Shown one piece after another: positions 31,065 to 39,354 of a stretch of DNA of 64,000 nucleotides. Both the position numbers and the translations under genes were made by a program. The notes beneath the pieces were generated by a model that saw only the letters and a program-made list of their open reading frames with translations, made no database searches and had not been told where the DNA came from. This DNA comes from Pyrinomonadaceae bacterium (GTDB lineage: Bacteria; Acidobacteriota; Blastocatellia; Pyrinomonadales; Pyrinomonadaceae). The DNA lies in assembly GCA_046313635.1 (NCBI GenBank), contig JBKBYA010000001.1, positions 556,340-620,339 of the forward strand. The letters run 5' to 3'. Position 1 is the first letter of the stretch. The number at the start of each line of letters is the position of its first letter.

Positions 31065-31076
31065 AAGAGTGAAAAA
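31029..31076 (+). repeat. Six GTGRAAnn octamers (left arm)
   Basis: gtggaaaa gtggaaac gtgaaaga gtgaaaga gtgaaaga gtgaaaaa. Confidence 0.85.
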
Positions 31077-31105
31077 GGGCAGGAGCCGTGTGCCAGGGGC
31101 GAGCA

Positions 31106-31495
31106 TCAGCGGCCGGCTATGCGGGCTATTGCCTTCATGTGATTTGTTATCGAATCGCTTAGGAATCTAGATCTGCCTTTCAGCAACTTCAGATCGTCCG
31201 GCGAGGTGCAGCCTGCGCGTGCCGCGATCTCCAACAGCGACCGGACCTAGCCTGCCGATCCCTTGGCGATGTTCAGGAAATTCAAATATTCGGCCCGCAA
31301 ACGCCGCTCGAAGCCCTCGTCAATGTTTGCGTAGATAGAGACGGCCGCTCTGCGAAGCTGATCCTTTAAACTCAGATCAGTTCGCATTGCGGCCGTATCG
31401 GTCACGGCGTAAATGTGGCAGGCAAGTTTGACGGCCTTTTGCCAAATTATCAGGTCCTCAAAAGACTCGATACTCTTTGGCGGAGGGTCGATCAT
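31106..31495 (-). pseudogene. Four-helix-bundle (23S rRNA IVP-family) protein gene with in-frame TAG
   Basis: SFEDLIIWQKA, DQLRRAAVSI.ANI.EGFER, FLNIAKGSAG*VRSLL; frame stays open past the TAG (31247-31249) to TGA at 31106-31108. Confidence 0.85.
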
Positions 31496-31517
31496 TTAGA
31501 GTCCTGCCTCAGTTCCC

Positions 31518-31549
31518 ATTTAAACCTTTACACATTTTCACCCTTGCAC
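31518..31549 (+). repeat. Four degenerate reverse-complement octamers (right arm)
   Basis: atttaaac ctttacac attttcac ccttgcac. Confidence 0.65.
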
Positions 31550-31551
31550 AG

Positions 31552-33216
31552 TCAAACGCCCGGCATCGCTCGCTTGAGCGGCTTGAGCAGGAGGGCTAGG
31601 ACGACGGCCATAAAGAGTGCCATCGACGCGAGTACGAGAAAGAATGTCGACTGGAGCCAGATGTCCCAGTAGACGCCGATCTGCGTAAGCTTGTTGCCGA
31701 TCGCCGTCGCGACGAACCATCCGCCCATCATCAGCCCGCGCTTGTTGATCGGCGCGACCTTTGACACGAGCGAGAGTCCCATCGGCGAGAGCATCAGCTC
31801 GCCGAGCGTCACGATCATATACGCAAAGATGAGCCAGAACGGTGAGACACGGAAGAGATACGCACGCTGGAGTATCTTGTCCCGGTGAGCGTCGCCCGCG
31901 CCCGGCACGACCTCGTTAACGGCGGCGATGAGCTGCTCCTCACCGGTCCGGCCGTCCTTGCCCGAGAACTTTACGCCAAAGATCAGGTTCTTGCCGTCGG
32001 GGGCCTTGGCGTTCTGTATCTTCTCCAGGACGTCGGCCGGCACGCCGGCCTTGCCGAGGTCGGTCAGCACGCGCTCGTTGATGCGAAACTCGCCGGCCGC
32101 TAATTGGGCTGCGGTCTTCTGCATGCTCTCGCCGATCGTTGCGGCGTACCAAAGCACAAGGAAGGACAGTCCCGTCAGCGTCATTCCGATGGCCATCTTG
32201 GTCGGCGTCGAAGGCTCCTTGCCCCGGCGGTCAAGGAAACCCCAAAACCAGACGAGCGGAAATGTAAGTATGAGTATCCAGATCGCATTGATCGAATTCG
32301 AGATCGTGCCCGAGACGTTCCAGTCGGTGTTGTCGTCGGCCCAGTAGGTCAGCGTCGAGCCGTTCTGGTGAAACACCATCCAAAAGACAATGACGATCAG
32401 GAATACGACGATGAGAGCCATGATCCGCCTGCCTTCGGGCACGGCGGCCATTCTCCGGGCGGCCTCGTCCTGACTGCTGATCGAATGCGGCGGCGCGTCG
32501 ACGGCCGTTGCGGCGGCATCGGCAGGCTGATCGTCGGAATGCTCGGCGGCCACGACCTGATGCTTGCCGATCCTGAGCATCTTCTTGTCGGCGTCCATCA
32601 CGAGGCTCTTCCAGTTCCACAGCACAAAGACCGAAATGACCATTCCGAATGCCGCGACGGCAAACGCGACGTGAAATCCGAAGTACGCCTTGACTATCTC
32701 CATCACGATCGGGGCCAGTGCCGCACCGACGTTGATGCCCATGTAAAAGATGTTGTAGGCGCGGTCCTTGAGGTGGCTGCCTTCGGGGTAAAGGTTGCCG
32801 ACCATGGTCGAGACGTTCGGTTTGAAAAAGCCGTTGCCGATGACGAGGAAGGTAAGCGCCAGATAGACGGCCCAGATGGCGGGTATCGAGAGCGTCGCGT
32901 GACCGGCCATAAAGAAGAATCCGCCGATCATCACCGCCTTTCGATAGCCGGTCCACCTGTCGGCGATAAAGCCGCCGACCAGCGGGCTCAGGTACACGAA
33001 CATCAGGTACGTCGAATAAAGCCAGGTAGCTTCGGCTGCCGTCCAGCCGAAACCCTCGTTCGGGTCACGAAGGTAAAGCGTAAAAAGCGCGAGCATCGAG
33101 TAGAAGCTGAAACGCTCCCACATCTCGGTCGCAAAGAGAACATAAAGTCCTTTTGGATGACGCTCTCCGTGGCCGGTCAGCGGCACATCCCCCATTGTCC
33201 CAACTTTTGAGCTCAT
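31552..33216 (-). CDS. Proton-dependent oligopeptide transporter (POT/PTR family)
   Basis: HPKGL..LF.TEMWERFSFY (ExxERF), GNGFFKPN, FYMGINVG, GELMLSP. Confidence 0.95.
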   Translation of the reverse strand: MSSKVGTMGDVPLTGHGERHPKGLYVLFATEMWERFSFYSMLALFTLYLRDPNEGFGWTAAEATWLYSTYLMFVYLSPLVGGFIADRWTGYRKAVMIGGFFFMAGHATLSIPAIWAVYLALTFLVIGNGFFKPNVSTMVGNLYPEGSHLKDRAYNIFYMGINVGAALAPIVMEIVKAYFGFHVAFAVAAFGMVISVFVLWNWKSLVMDADKKMLRIGKHQVVAAEHSDDQPADAAATAVDAPPHSISSQDEAARRMAAVPEGRRIMALIVVFLIVIVFWMVFHQNGSTLTYWADDNTDWNVSGTISNSINAIWILILTFPLVWFWGFLDRRGKEPSTPTKMAIGMTLTGLSFLVLWYAATIGESMQKTAAQLAAGEFRINERVLTDLGKAGVPADVLEKIQNAKAPDGKNLIFGVKFSGKDGRTGEEQLIAAVNEVVPGAGDAHRDKILQRAYLFRVSPFWLIFAYMIVTLGELMLSPMGLSLVSKVAPINKRGLMMGGWFVATAIGNKLTQIGVYWDIWLQSTFFLVLASMALFMAVVLALLLKPLKRAMPGV

Positions 33217-33397
33217 GTAGTTTTCCCCTAAATGTTTGAGTTTGGAAGAGATTTAGGCAAAATATAGCAGACTGCCGGTTGATTCAAAAGATTCGAGTCA
33301 AAAACTTAAGCAGCATCGGACGTCATCGCGGCGGCACGCGGCGGGGCAAATAGAGTTCAAACGAGCCGCGGCCGTCGGGCCGGTCGCGGTGGGCGCG

Positions 33398-33601
33398 ATG
33401 GTCGGATCTGCGATGGCGGTCGGGATCGAGCTGTACGGCTGGCCCGAGAGCGTCTTTGACGAATACTCGCTCGGCATCTCGATCGTCGCGTGGGTGATCG
33501 CGCTCGCGTCGCTGCTGCTTCTTTTCAGGTTTCTCGACCGCGTGCCGCGAGCGGAGATCGCAGACGTCCCGCCGCCGCCGCAGTTTGGTGATGATCGATG
33601 A
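33398..33601 (+). CDS. Possible small membrane protein
   Basis: Hydrophobic segment; stop overlaps next ATG (ATGA). Confidence 0.35.
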   Translation: MVGSAMAVGIELYGWPESVFDEYSLGISIVAWVIALASLLLLFRFLDRVPRAEIADVPPPPQFGDDR

Positions 33602-34893
33602 TCGAACTTTTTACACAACTTGGCGTCGAGATCGAAGACCGATGGCGGGCGATCGATTACGACGAGACGCGGTTTCCGGCTCTGGCGGCCGAGGCTCTGA
33701 GACAGGCCGAACTGCCCGCGAAGGTCTCGGCCTGGGACGTGCTCGAGTGGACGCTCGCGCAGAGAGAGCTGCCGCGGCAGATGGACGTACCGGCCCGCTT
33801 CGGCGATCCGCCGATCACGCTCTTTGTCGCGCCGCGATTTTATATCGACGTTTATTTTTGGTTTCAGGGCACGACGTCGGTGCACCAGCACGCCTTCTGC
33901 GGCGCATTTCAGGTGCTGCACGGGTCGAGCATTCACAGTTGGTACGAGTTCGAAGCTGACGAGTCGGTCAACGCGTTCATGGAGTTTGGTCGAATGGGCC
34001 TCAAGGTGTGCGAGCTGCTCGAGCGCGGCGACGTGCACGAGATCCGGGCCGGCCGGCAGTACATCCACTCGCTCTTTCACCTCGATCACCCGTCGGCGAC
34101 CATCGTCGTACGGACCGGTAAGAGCCCGCTCTTCCTGCCGCAGTACGATTATCACAAGCCGTGGATCGCGTCGGACCCCTTCTTTGAGCACGAAACGACG
34201 GTAAAGAAGCTGCAGACGATCTCTGCGGTGATGAGGTTCGACGCCGAACGTGCCGACGACGCGATCGTGCGGCTGCTCGCCGACAGCGACATTCACACGA
34301 CGTTCCTGCTCTTGTCGAATATCTATGGGCGCGTGGGCGGGTCGGGCTTGGGCGAGATGTTTGGGCTGGCGGCGCCGGGGCGCGGACGATTTCAAAGATT
34401 CCTCGACGCTGTGACAGAGCGGCACGGCCCGGAGCGCGCGGCAAAGCTGTCCGACGTCTTCAGGCATCGCGAGCGCATCGACGAGCTCATCGGCCGCCGC
34501 GCCGTCGTGACCGATCCGGAACATCGCTTCTTTCTGGCACTGCTGCTCAACGTCGAGGGCCGCGAGCGTATCTACTCGCTCATCCGAGAGCGCTTTGCCG
34601 ACGCCGACCCAGAGGAGAAGGTCCTCGACTGGTCGTTCGACCTCGCCCGCACGCGGATCAACGCCGTCGGCAGCCAAAACGCGCTCGGCATCGCGGATTT
34701 TGACGACTTTGATCTCTACGTGCTCGAGGCTCTCCTCGACGACAAGGACGAAGCCGTGATCGCCGGATCGATACGCGCTGAATATCCGCCCGAGAGGGCC
34801 GAAACGCTTTTGCCGCGTCTGAGCGAGCGGATCGCCGCGATCCGATCGTCGACCGCCTTCGCACCGCTGCTTGCCGGCCGCGACGCGTCGTGA
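33598..34893 (+). CDS. Hypothetical protein with cupin-like (cysteine dioxygenase-like) His motif
   Basis: TSVHQHAFCGAFQVL.G...IHSLFH. Confidence 0.7.
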   Translation: MIELFTQLGVEIEDRWRAIDYDETRFPALAAEALRQAELPAKVSAWDVLEWTLAQRELPRQMDVPARFGDPPITLFVAPRFYIDVYFWFQGTTSVHQHAFCGAFQVLHGSSIHSWYEFEADESVNAFMEFGRMGLKVCELLERGDVHEIRAGRQYIHSLFHLDHPSATIVVRTGKSPLFLPQYDYHKPWIASDPFFEHETTVKKLQTISAVMRFDAERADDAIVRLLADSDIHTTFLLLSNIYGRVGGSGLGEMFGLAAPGRGRFQRFLDAVTERHGPERAAKLSDVFRHRERIDELIGRRAVVTDPEHRFFLALLLNVEGRERIYSLIRERFADADPEEKVLDWSFDLARTRINAVGSQNALGIADFDDFDLYVLEALLDDKDEAVIAGSIRAEYPPERAETLLPRLSERIAAIRSSTAFAPLLAGRDAS

Positions 34894-34898
34894 ACCGT

Positions 34899-34927
34899 TT
34901 GCCGCCTATGATTCTTTCGACTAAACT
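34899..34927 (+). promoter_or_regulatory. Putative tRNA promoter
   Basis: TTGCCG, 17-nt spacer, TAAACT, 11 nt upstream of the tRNA 5' end. Confidence 0.6.
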
Positions 34928-34971
34928 TGTTTCATCGTGGCCCTGTAGCTCAATGGTCAGAGCAGCGGACT

Positions 34972-35588
34972 CGGGGACATGAGACCTAAGTGGAAAAGCC
35001 TGGGTTATGTGTTTCGGCGTGACAGTTCAGGCAGAGAAGTCTGCATTTGGCCGCTTCGGCGACCAGAGCATTCCATGATCTGTTTGAACATTGCCGAAGA
35101 TCGATCTGAAAGGACTTGTCGGACGGGTCGACGTGATGAAAGCATAGGGCCGCATGGTTTTTGCGGTAGCCGCATCGATCGCATCGACCTCCCTTCATCT
35201 CGCTCAATTCAGACCGTCGACATACGCCTCGCTGTTGTTGTGACGTGTAGTTCTGGAGCTTGTTATTTGTAAAGCTGTGCTTGCACCTTTGGGAGCAAAA
35301 TCGCTTTTGTCTCCCGGCGAGAGCAGAGCTGCACACCGCGCAGTAGTTTTCCATATGGTCTCTTGAAAATGGGTTGCTGAGATCGTGCAGCGCGATCTTA
35401 GTAGAATCTGTTAAATTCGGGGAAGCCTAAACGTCATTGCATCGACGCACGGTAATCCCGAGCCAAGCCCTCGGTCAATAGATCGTCGGAAGGTGTAGAG
35501 ACTTGACAGCAGACCTGCCCGCCAAGAGCAGGAAGAGAAAGTCCAGACCACAAACCCGAAAGGGGCGCCGAAAGGCGTAGATGGTAAG
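34972..35588 (+). mobile_element. Group I self-splicing intron (617 nt) with endonuclease ORF
   Basis: Exon ends in U, intron ends in G; P AAATTCGGGGAA (35413), Q GGTAATCCCGAG (35451), P7 GACT (35500)/AGTC (35540), P3 CTGTT (35408)/GACAG (35505), GAAA-capped P9 hairpins. Confidence 0.93.
34986..35354 (-). CDS. HNH-type putative homing endonuclease, antisense to the intron
   Basis: N-terminal CxxC...FCSxxC; CDRC...FHHVDP...CRLLCLNCHAETH. Confidence 0.85.
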   Translation of the reverse strand: MENYCAVCSSALAGRQKRFCSQRCKHSFTNNKLQNYTSQQQRGVCRRSELSEMKGGRCDRCGYRKNHAALCFHHVDPSDKSFQIDLRQCSNRSWNALVAEAAKCRLLCLNCHAETHNPGFST

Positions 35589-35639
35589 CATAATCCGTTG
35601 GCTGTAGGTTCGAATCCTACCGGGGCCACCACACGAATC

Positions 35640-35771
35640 GGAGCGCGGACACTCTTGTCCGCATGAGCGTCGCTACGACGCGAAGAAAAGACGCCGGAGA
35701 ATGAGCGAGTTCATTCTCCGGCGTTTTGTCTCCGTGCTTCGGGCTCATGCGGACGAGGGCGTCCGCGTTCC
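35640..35771. repeat. REP/REPIN-like inverted pair enclosing a terminator hairpin
   Basis: ggagcgcggacactcttgtccgcatgagc (35640-35668) versus gctcatgcggacgagggcgtccgcgttcc (35743-35771). Confidence 0.75.
35687..35727. terminator. Bidirectional terminator between tRNA and ychF
   Basis: aaagacgccggagaatgagc-ga-gttcattctccggcgtttt. Confidence 0.75.
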
Positions 35772-35772
35772 G

Positions 35773-36873
35773 TTAGACGTTGAAGCGGAAGTTGACGATA
35801 TCGCCTTCCTGCATCACGTACTCTTTGCCCTCGAGACGCATCAGGCCTTGTTCGCGGGCCGTCGCGTAGCTGCCGACGCGGACGAGGTCGTCGTACGAGA
35901 CGATCTCGGCGCGGATAAAGCCGCGTTCGATATCGGAGTGAATGACGCCCGCGGCCTTCGGCGCTTTTGTCTCCTGCGGGATCGTCCACGCGCGGACCTC
36001 TTTTTCGCCCGCGGTCAGGAACGACATCAGGCCGAGCATCTTGTACGCGGCCTTGATGAGGCGATCGACGCCGCTCGAGGCGAGTCCGAGATCTTTGAGG
36101 TAATCGGCACGCTCCGACGGGTCGAGCGCGACGAGCTCGGCCTCGAGCTTGGCGCAGATGACGACGACTTCGGCCTTTTCCGCTTCGGCGTGCTCGCGCA
36201 CTTTCTGAACGTGCGGGTTCGAGCCGGGATCGGCGAGCGAATCTTCGTCGACGTTCGCCGCGTAGATCGTCGGCTTGGTCGAGAGCAGGAACCAGCCTTT
36301 CACGATCGCGCGTTCGTCGTCGTCGAGATCGGCGGCGCGTGCCGGGCGGCCCTCTTCGAGAACGGGCAGGAGCTTTTCGATGATCTCGAGCTCACGCTTT
36401 GCGTCCTTGTCGCCCGACTTGGCCGCTCGCTGCGCCTTGTCGCGGCGGCGCTCGACGGAGCCGAGGTCGGCGAGAGCGAGCTCGATCTGGATCGTCTCGA
36501 TGTCGCGCACCGGGTTGACCGAGCCCTCGACGTGGACTATGTTCTCGTCCTCAAAGCAGCGTACGACCTGGATCACCGCATCGGTCTCGCGGATGTTGGC
36601 GAGAAACTGGTTGCCGAGCCCTTCGCCCTTCGACGCGCCTCGCACCAGACCCGCGATGTCGACAAACTCGACCGTCGCCGGCACGATCGTTTCGGTCTTG
36701 ACGATCTTTGCGAGCGGCTCAAGACGCTCGTCAGGGACGGCGACGACGCCGACGTTGGGCTCGATCGTCGCGAAAGGATAATTCGCGGCGAGCGCGGCCT
36801 CCTGCGCGGTGAGCGCGTTAAAGAGTGTCGATTTTCCTACGTTGGGCAGGCCAACAATTCCAGCTTGCAGCAT
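35773..36873 (-). CDS. ychF: Redox-regulated ATPase YchF
   Basis: GIVGLPNVGKSTLFNA, ANYPFATIEPN, GEGLGNQFL, GFIRAE, FRFNV. Confidence 0.98.
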   Translation of the reverse strand: MLQAGIVGLPNVGKSTLFNALTAQEAALAANYPFATIEPNVGVVAVPDERLEPLAKIVKTETIVPATVEFVDIAGLVRGASKGEGLGNQFLANIRETDAVIQVVRCFEDENIVHVEGSVNPVRDIETIQIELALADLGSVERRRDKAQRAAKSGDKDAKRELEIIEKLLPVLEEGRPARAADLDDDERAIVKGWFLLSTKPTIYAANVDEDSLADPGSNPHVQKVREHAEAEKAEVVVICAKLEAELVALDPSERADYLKDLGLASSGVDRLIKAAYKMLGLMSFLTAGEKEVRAWTIPQETKAPKAAGVIHSDIERGFIRAEIVSYDDLVRVGSYATAREQGLMRLEGKEYVMQEGDIVNFRFNV

Positions 36874-37024
36874 AGTGACGATTCAGAGCCCGAAAGCAAA
36901 ATCAAAATTCTACCCTTGCCGACGAAGAATTGCGAAAAACGGCGCGGGGCGGGAGTGCCCGGCACGCGCCGTCGGGGGCGTGCGAGTCGGAGGGGCGACC
37001 TTCCTTCGGCCGCCGCCTGGTCGC

Positions 37025-38683
37025 TTACGGCGTGCTGCAGATCACCGAGAGGACTCGTCCGTTTCCGCGATGCCCGGGTGCCGGGCCGTATCCCGGATCG
37101 ACGCGGACAAGCAATATCTTCCGGATATCGCCTGAGATAGAGCTGCCGTTCTTTTGAATGCTGCTCGAGACGATCACGGCGATGTCCTGCGGAAGCGTCG
37201 CGGGCGGTAAAGAGCTGTTGCCGGGCCGGCTCGTCCACGTGCCGCCGCACGTCGGCGTCGCGTTGCCGTCCTCAAAGCCCTTAAAGGCGCTCGGGCCCGG
37301 GCCGCCGCTCATCGGGTTGTTTCTGGCCCACTGGGCGCCCCAGAAATTGACCGTCGCGCCGACCGAATGATTGGCCAGGTTGCCGATGACAAACTTCCCG
37401 ACGACCGGGGCCGTTTCGCAGGCGTCGCCCGTTCCATTACGGTCCGAATCGGCCTGATCGGGATTTGGCGTGTTGACGCAGTTATCGCAGGCGTCGCCAA
37501 CGCCGTCACCGTCAGTATCGGTCTGGGTCGGGTTTGCTGTTGTGCGGCAATTGTCCGTTGTATCGGGCACGCCGTCGCAGTCCGTATCGAGCGTCCAGGT
37601 GATACTAATTTGGTTGGAGGTCCGGGTCATCGACTGCGAGTCTACATAGCTTGCCTGGATGACATCCGTGCCGCCCGAGCTGCTCGGGTAATTCAAGGTA
37701 GCGACACCGGTCGAATCCGTCGCCGCCGTTCCCAGCAGACCTGTGTTCGGGCCCGAGACGGCAGTGAAGGTGACCGCTCTGTTGGTCACGGGAACTCCAT
37801 TCTCGGTGACGGTCGCGGTGAGAGTCGCCGTCTGGCAGGTCGTCCGCGTAGTCGCATTCGCGGCGAGCTGGACCGTGCTGATAAAGACCCGCTGTCCGCC
37901 GATCGCCGACGGCATATTGGTGGTTGTGGTGGCATTGCGGGCGAGCACACTTAGAAACGATGGGAACGTGACGTACTCCTGATGCCAGCAGCAGACGTCG
38001 AGCGAGTCGGTAATACCGATCGCCAAACCCTCAGCCGTCGGTGTGATATTGTCGTAATCCGGGACGTCCTGAGTGACGAATGACCCGATCCCGCCCAGAT
38101 AGGCGTACGAATTTGTAAACTCGGACGAAAAACCGAGCAGCCCGCCGCCGTTATTTACAAATGCCGCAATGTCCGCTTGCCGGCCGCCGAGCGCATCGTT
38201 CTCAAGCTGGGTAAGTCCGCCCGAAGGGGTATTGCCGACGTCGCTGACGACCGCGATCATCCTGATCCCCGTCAGCGATTGCGACGTGATATTGGACGGC
38301 CCGTTTACGAATGTAACCGTAAAGGCAGGGCTGCCCGTGTCGATGGCCGTCCAAAACTGGGTGACATCATCGGAGGCTGACTTGCCGCCGCCGATAACCA
38401 GGACTCCCGAGCCGCCGTTGGTAGCGTTCGAATAGACGCTGTTGACGACCGCTATGTAGGTCGATATTGGGCCGTGAACTCCGGGCCCGCCGTCCTCGGC
38501 GTCGATTCCCATCAACACGACGGGGCCGCCGTCGCCCGGGGCGGCGGCAGTGGTAACGGTGATTGTACCCTCTGTAAAAAAGATCGGGCCGAGCGCCGCG
38601 GTGGCGAACAGGACCAACGAGACAATTGCAAGAATGGAGCGGCGAACGACATCCGCTCTCTCGGGGGAATATCCATAAGTCAT
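37025..38683 (-). CDS. Secreted protein with Ig-like domain and thrombospondin type-3 (Ca-binding) repeats
   Basis: N-terminal hydrophobic segment; DTDCDGVPD..DNC, DGDGVGDACDNC...NPDQAD; CAGGAG RBS. Confidence 0.8.
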   Translation of the reverse strand: MTYGYSPERADVVRRSILAIVSLVLFATAALGPIFFTEGTITVTTAAAPGDGGPVVLMGIDAEDGGPGVHGPISTYIAVVNSVYSNATNGGSGVLVIGGGKSASDDVTQFWTAIDTGSPAFTVTFVNGPSNITSQSLTGIRMIAVVSDVGNTPSGGLTQLENDALGGRQADIAAFVNNGGGLLGFSSEFTNSYAYLGGIGSFVTQDVPDYDNITPTAEGLAIGITDSLDVCCWHQEYVTFPSFLSVLARNATTTTNMPSAIGGQRVFISTVQLAANATTRTTCQTATLTATVTENGVPVTNRAVTFTAVSGPNTGLLGTAATDSTGVATLNYPSSSGGTDVIQASYVDSQSMTRTSNQISITWTLDTDCDGVPDTTDNCRTTANPTQTDTDGDGVGDACDNCVNTPNPDQADSDRNGTGDACETAPVVGKFVIGNLANHSVGATVNFWGAQWARNNPMSGGPGPSAFKGFEDGNATPTCGGTWTSRPGNSSLPPATLPQDIAVIVSSSIQKNGSSISGDIRKILLVRVDPGYGPAPGHRGNGRVLSVICSTP

Positions 38684-39354
38684 TGTTTTTCTCCTGGGAA
38701 TAAAGTGCACGGACGCGGGCGATGCTGGTCCAAAGCGTGATCGGCAATCGGACCAGCTTTGCTTTGTCCGAGCGTGCATAAGCCAAAGCTGGAGGAGACC
38801 GGTTTCAGGTCACCGTTCTCCGGCTATCATGGAGTAACTCACCAGGACGGGGGACGAAAACAATCCGCTTCGCAGGCAAATCGCGGCTCCTCGCATCAAG
38901 GACTCCGCATCGGGGTAACTTACCGGCGAAGGGGCCAATATTGGTTTCCGACCACCGCGAGCAGGTGCTCCGGTGCGGAACTCCGAGTGTCAACGCCGCA
39001 TCCTGTCGCGGCGGTCTTGCAAATACCCGAACGTTAGGTTCGGGCAACGAAGTGGTTACGCCTTCGATGTGTGCCGTACACGTTACTACAACTATTCCCG
39101 AAGTCAATAGTTTTTTGATTCCGTGTCTACAAAGCTGTCCCGACAAGCGCGCGCGCCGATGATCTGAAAATCCAGAGCGTTTAACCCGATTTGAGGGACC
39201 GACGGGGCGGGGAGGCGTGAGGCCGACAATGAGTCGCTCCGCCGCAAATACGTGCGGCTCGACGGGTGACCATGGCTAAAGATCCTCAGCGAAAAACATA
39301 AAGTAGGAGCTGTGCGTCGACCCAGCCTCTTGAAGGAGAGTATTGGCAGGCGGT

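Larger units (their letters stand above)
34939..35631 (+). tRNA. tRNA-Ile2(CAU), split by an intron; exons 34939-34971 and 35589-35631
   Basis: Joined exons give a 76-nt cloverleaf: acceptor GGCCCTG/CGGGGCC, anticodon arm GCGGA-CT|CAT AA-TCCGT, T-loop TTCGAAT, ACCA end. G1-C72, C4-G69 and C5-G68 favour Ile2 over fMet. Confidence 0.93.

Noticed and set aside
31106..31495. Diversity-generating retroelement
   Set aside because: An Avd-like fold alone is insufficient; no reverse transcriptase or TR/VR pair was seen.
34972..34980. Azoarcus-type splice site after the anticodon
   Set aside because: The 5' exon stops at CT and CAT follows the terminal G at 35588; only the 33/34 junction rebuilds a 7-nt anticodon loop.
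34939..35771. tRNA as a prophage or island attachment site
   Set aside because: No integrase and no duplicated tRNA 3' end seen; ychF follows directly.
35701..37140. 479-aa ORF antisense to ychF, and similar long shadows (11489-13216, 33298-34677, 42347-43915, 57625-59031)
   Set aside because: Expected open antisense frames in high-GC coding DNA; no motifs.
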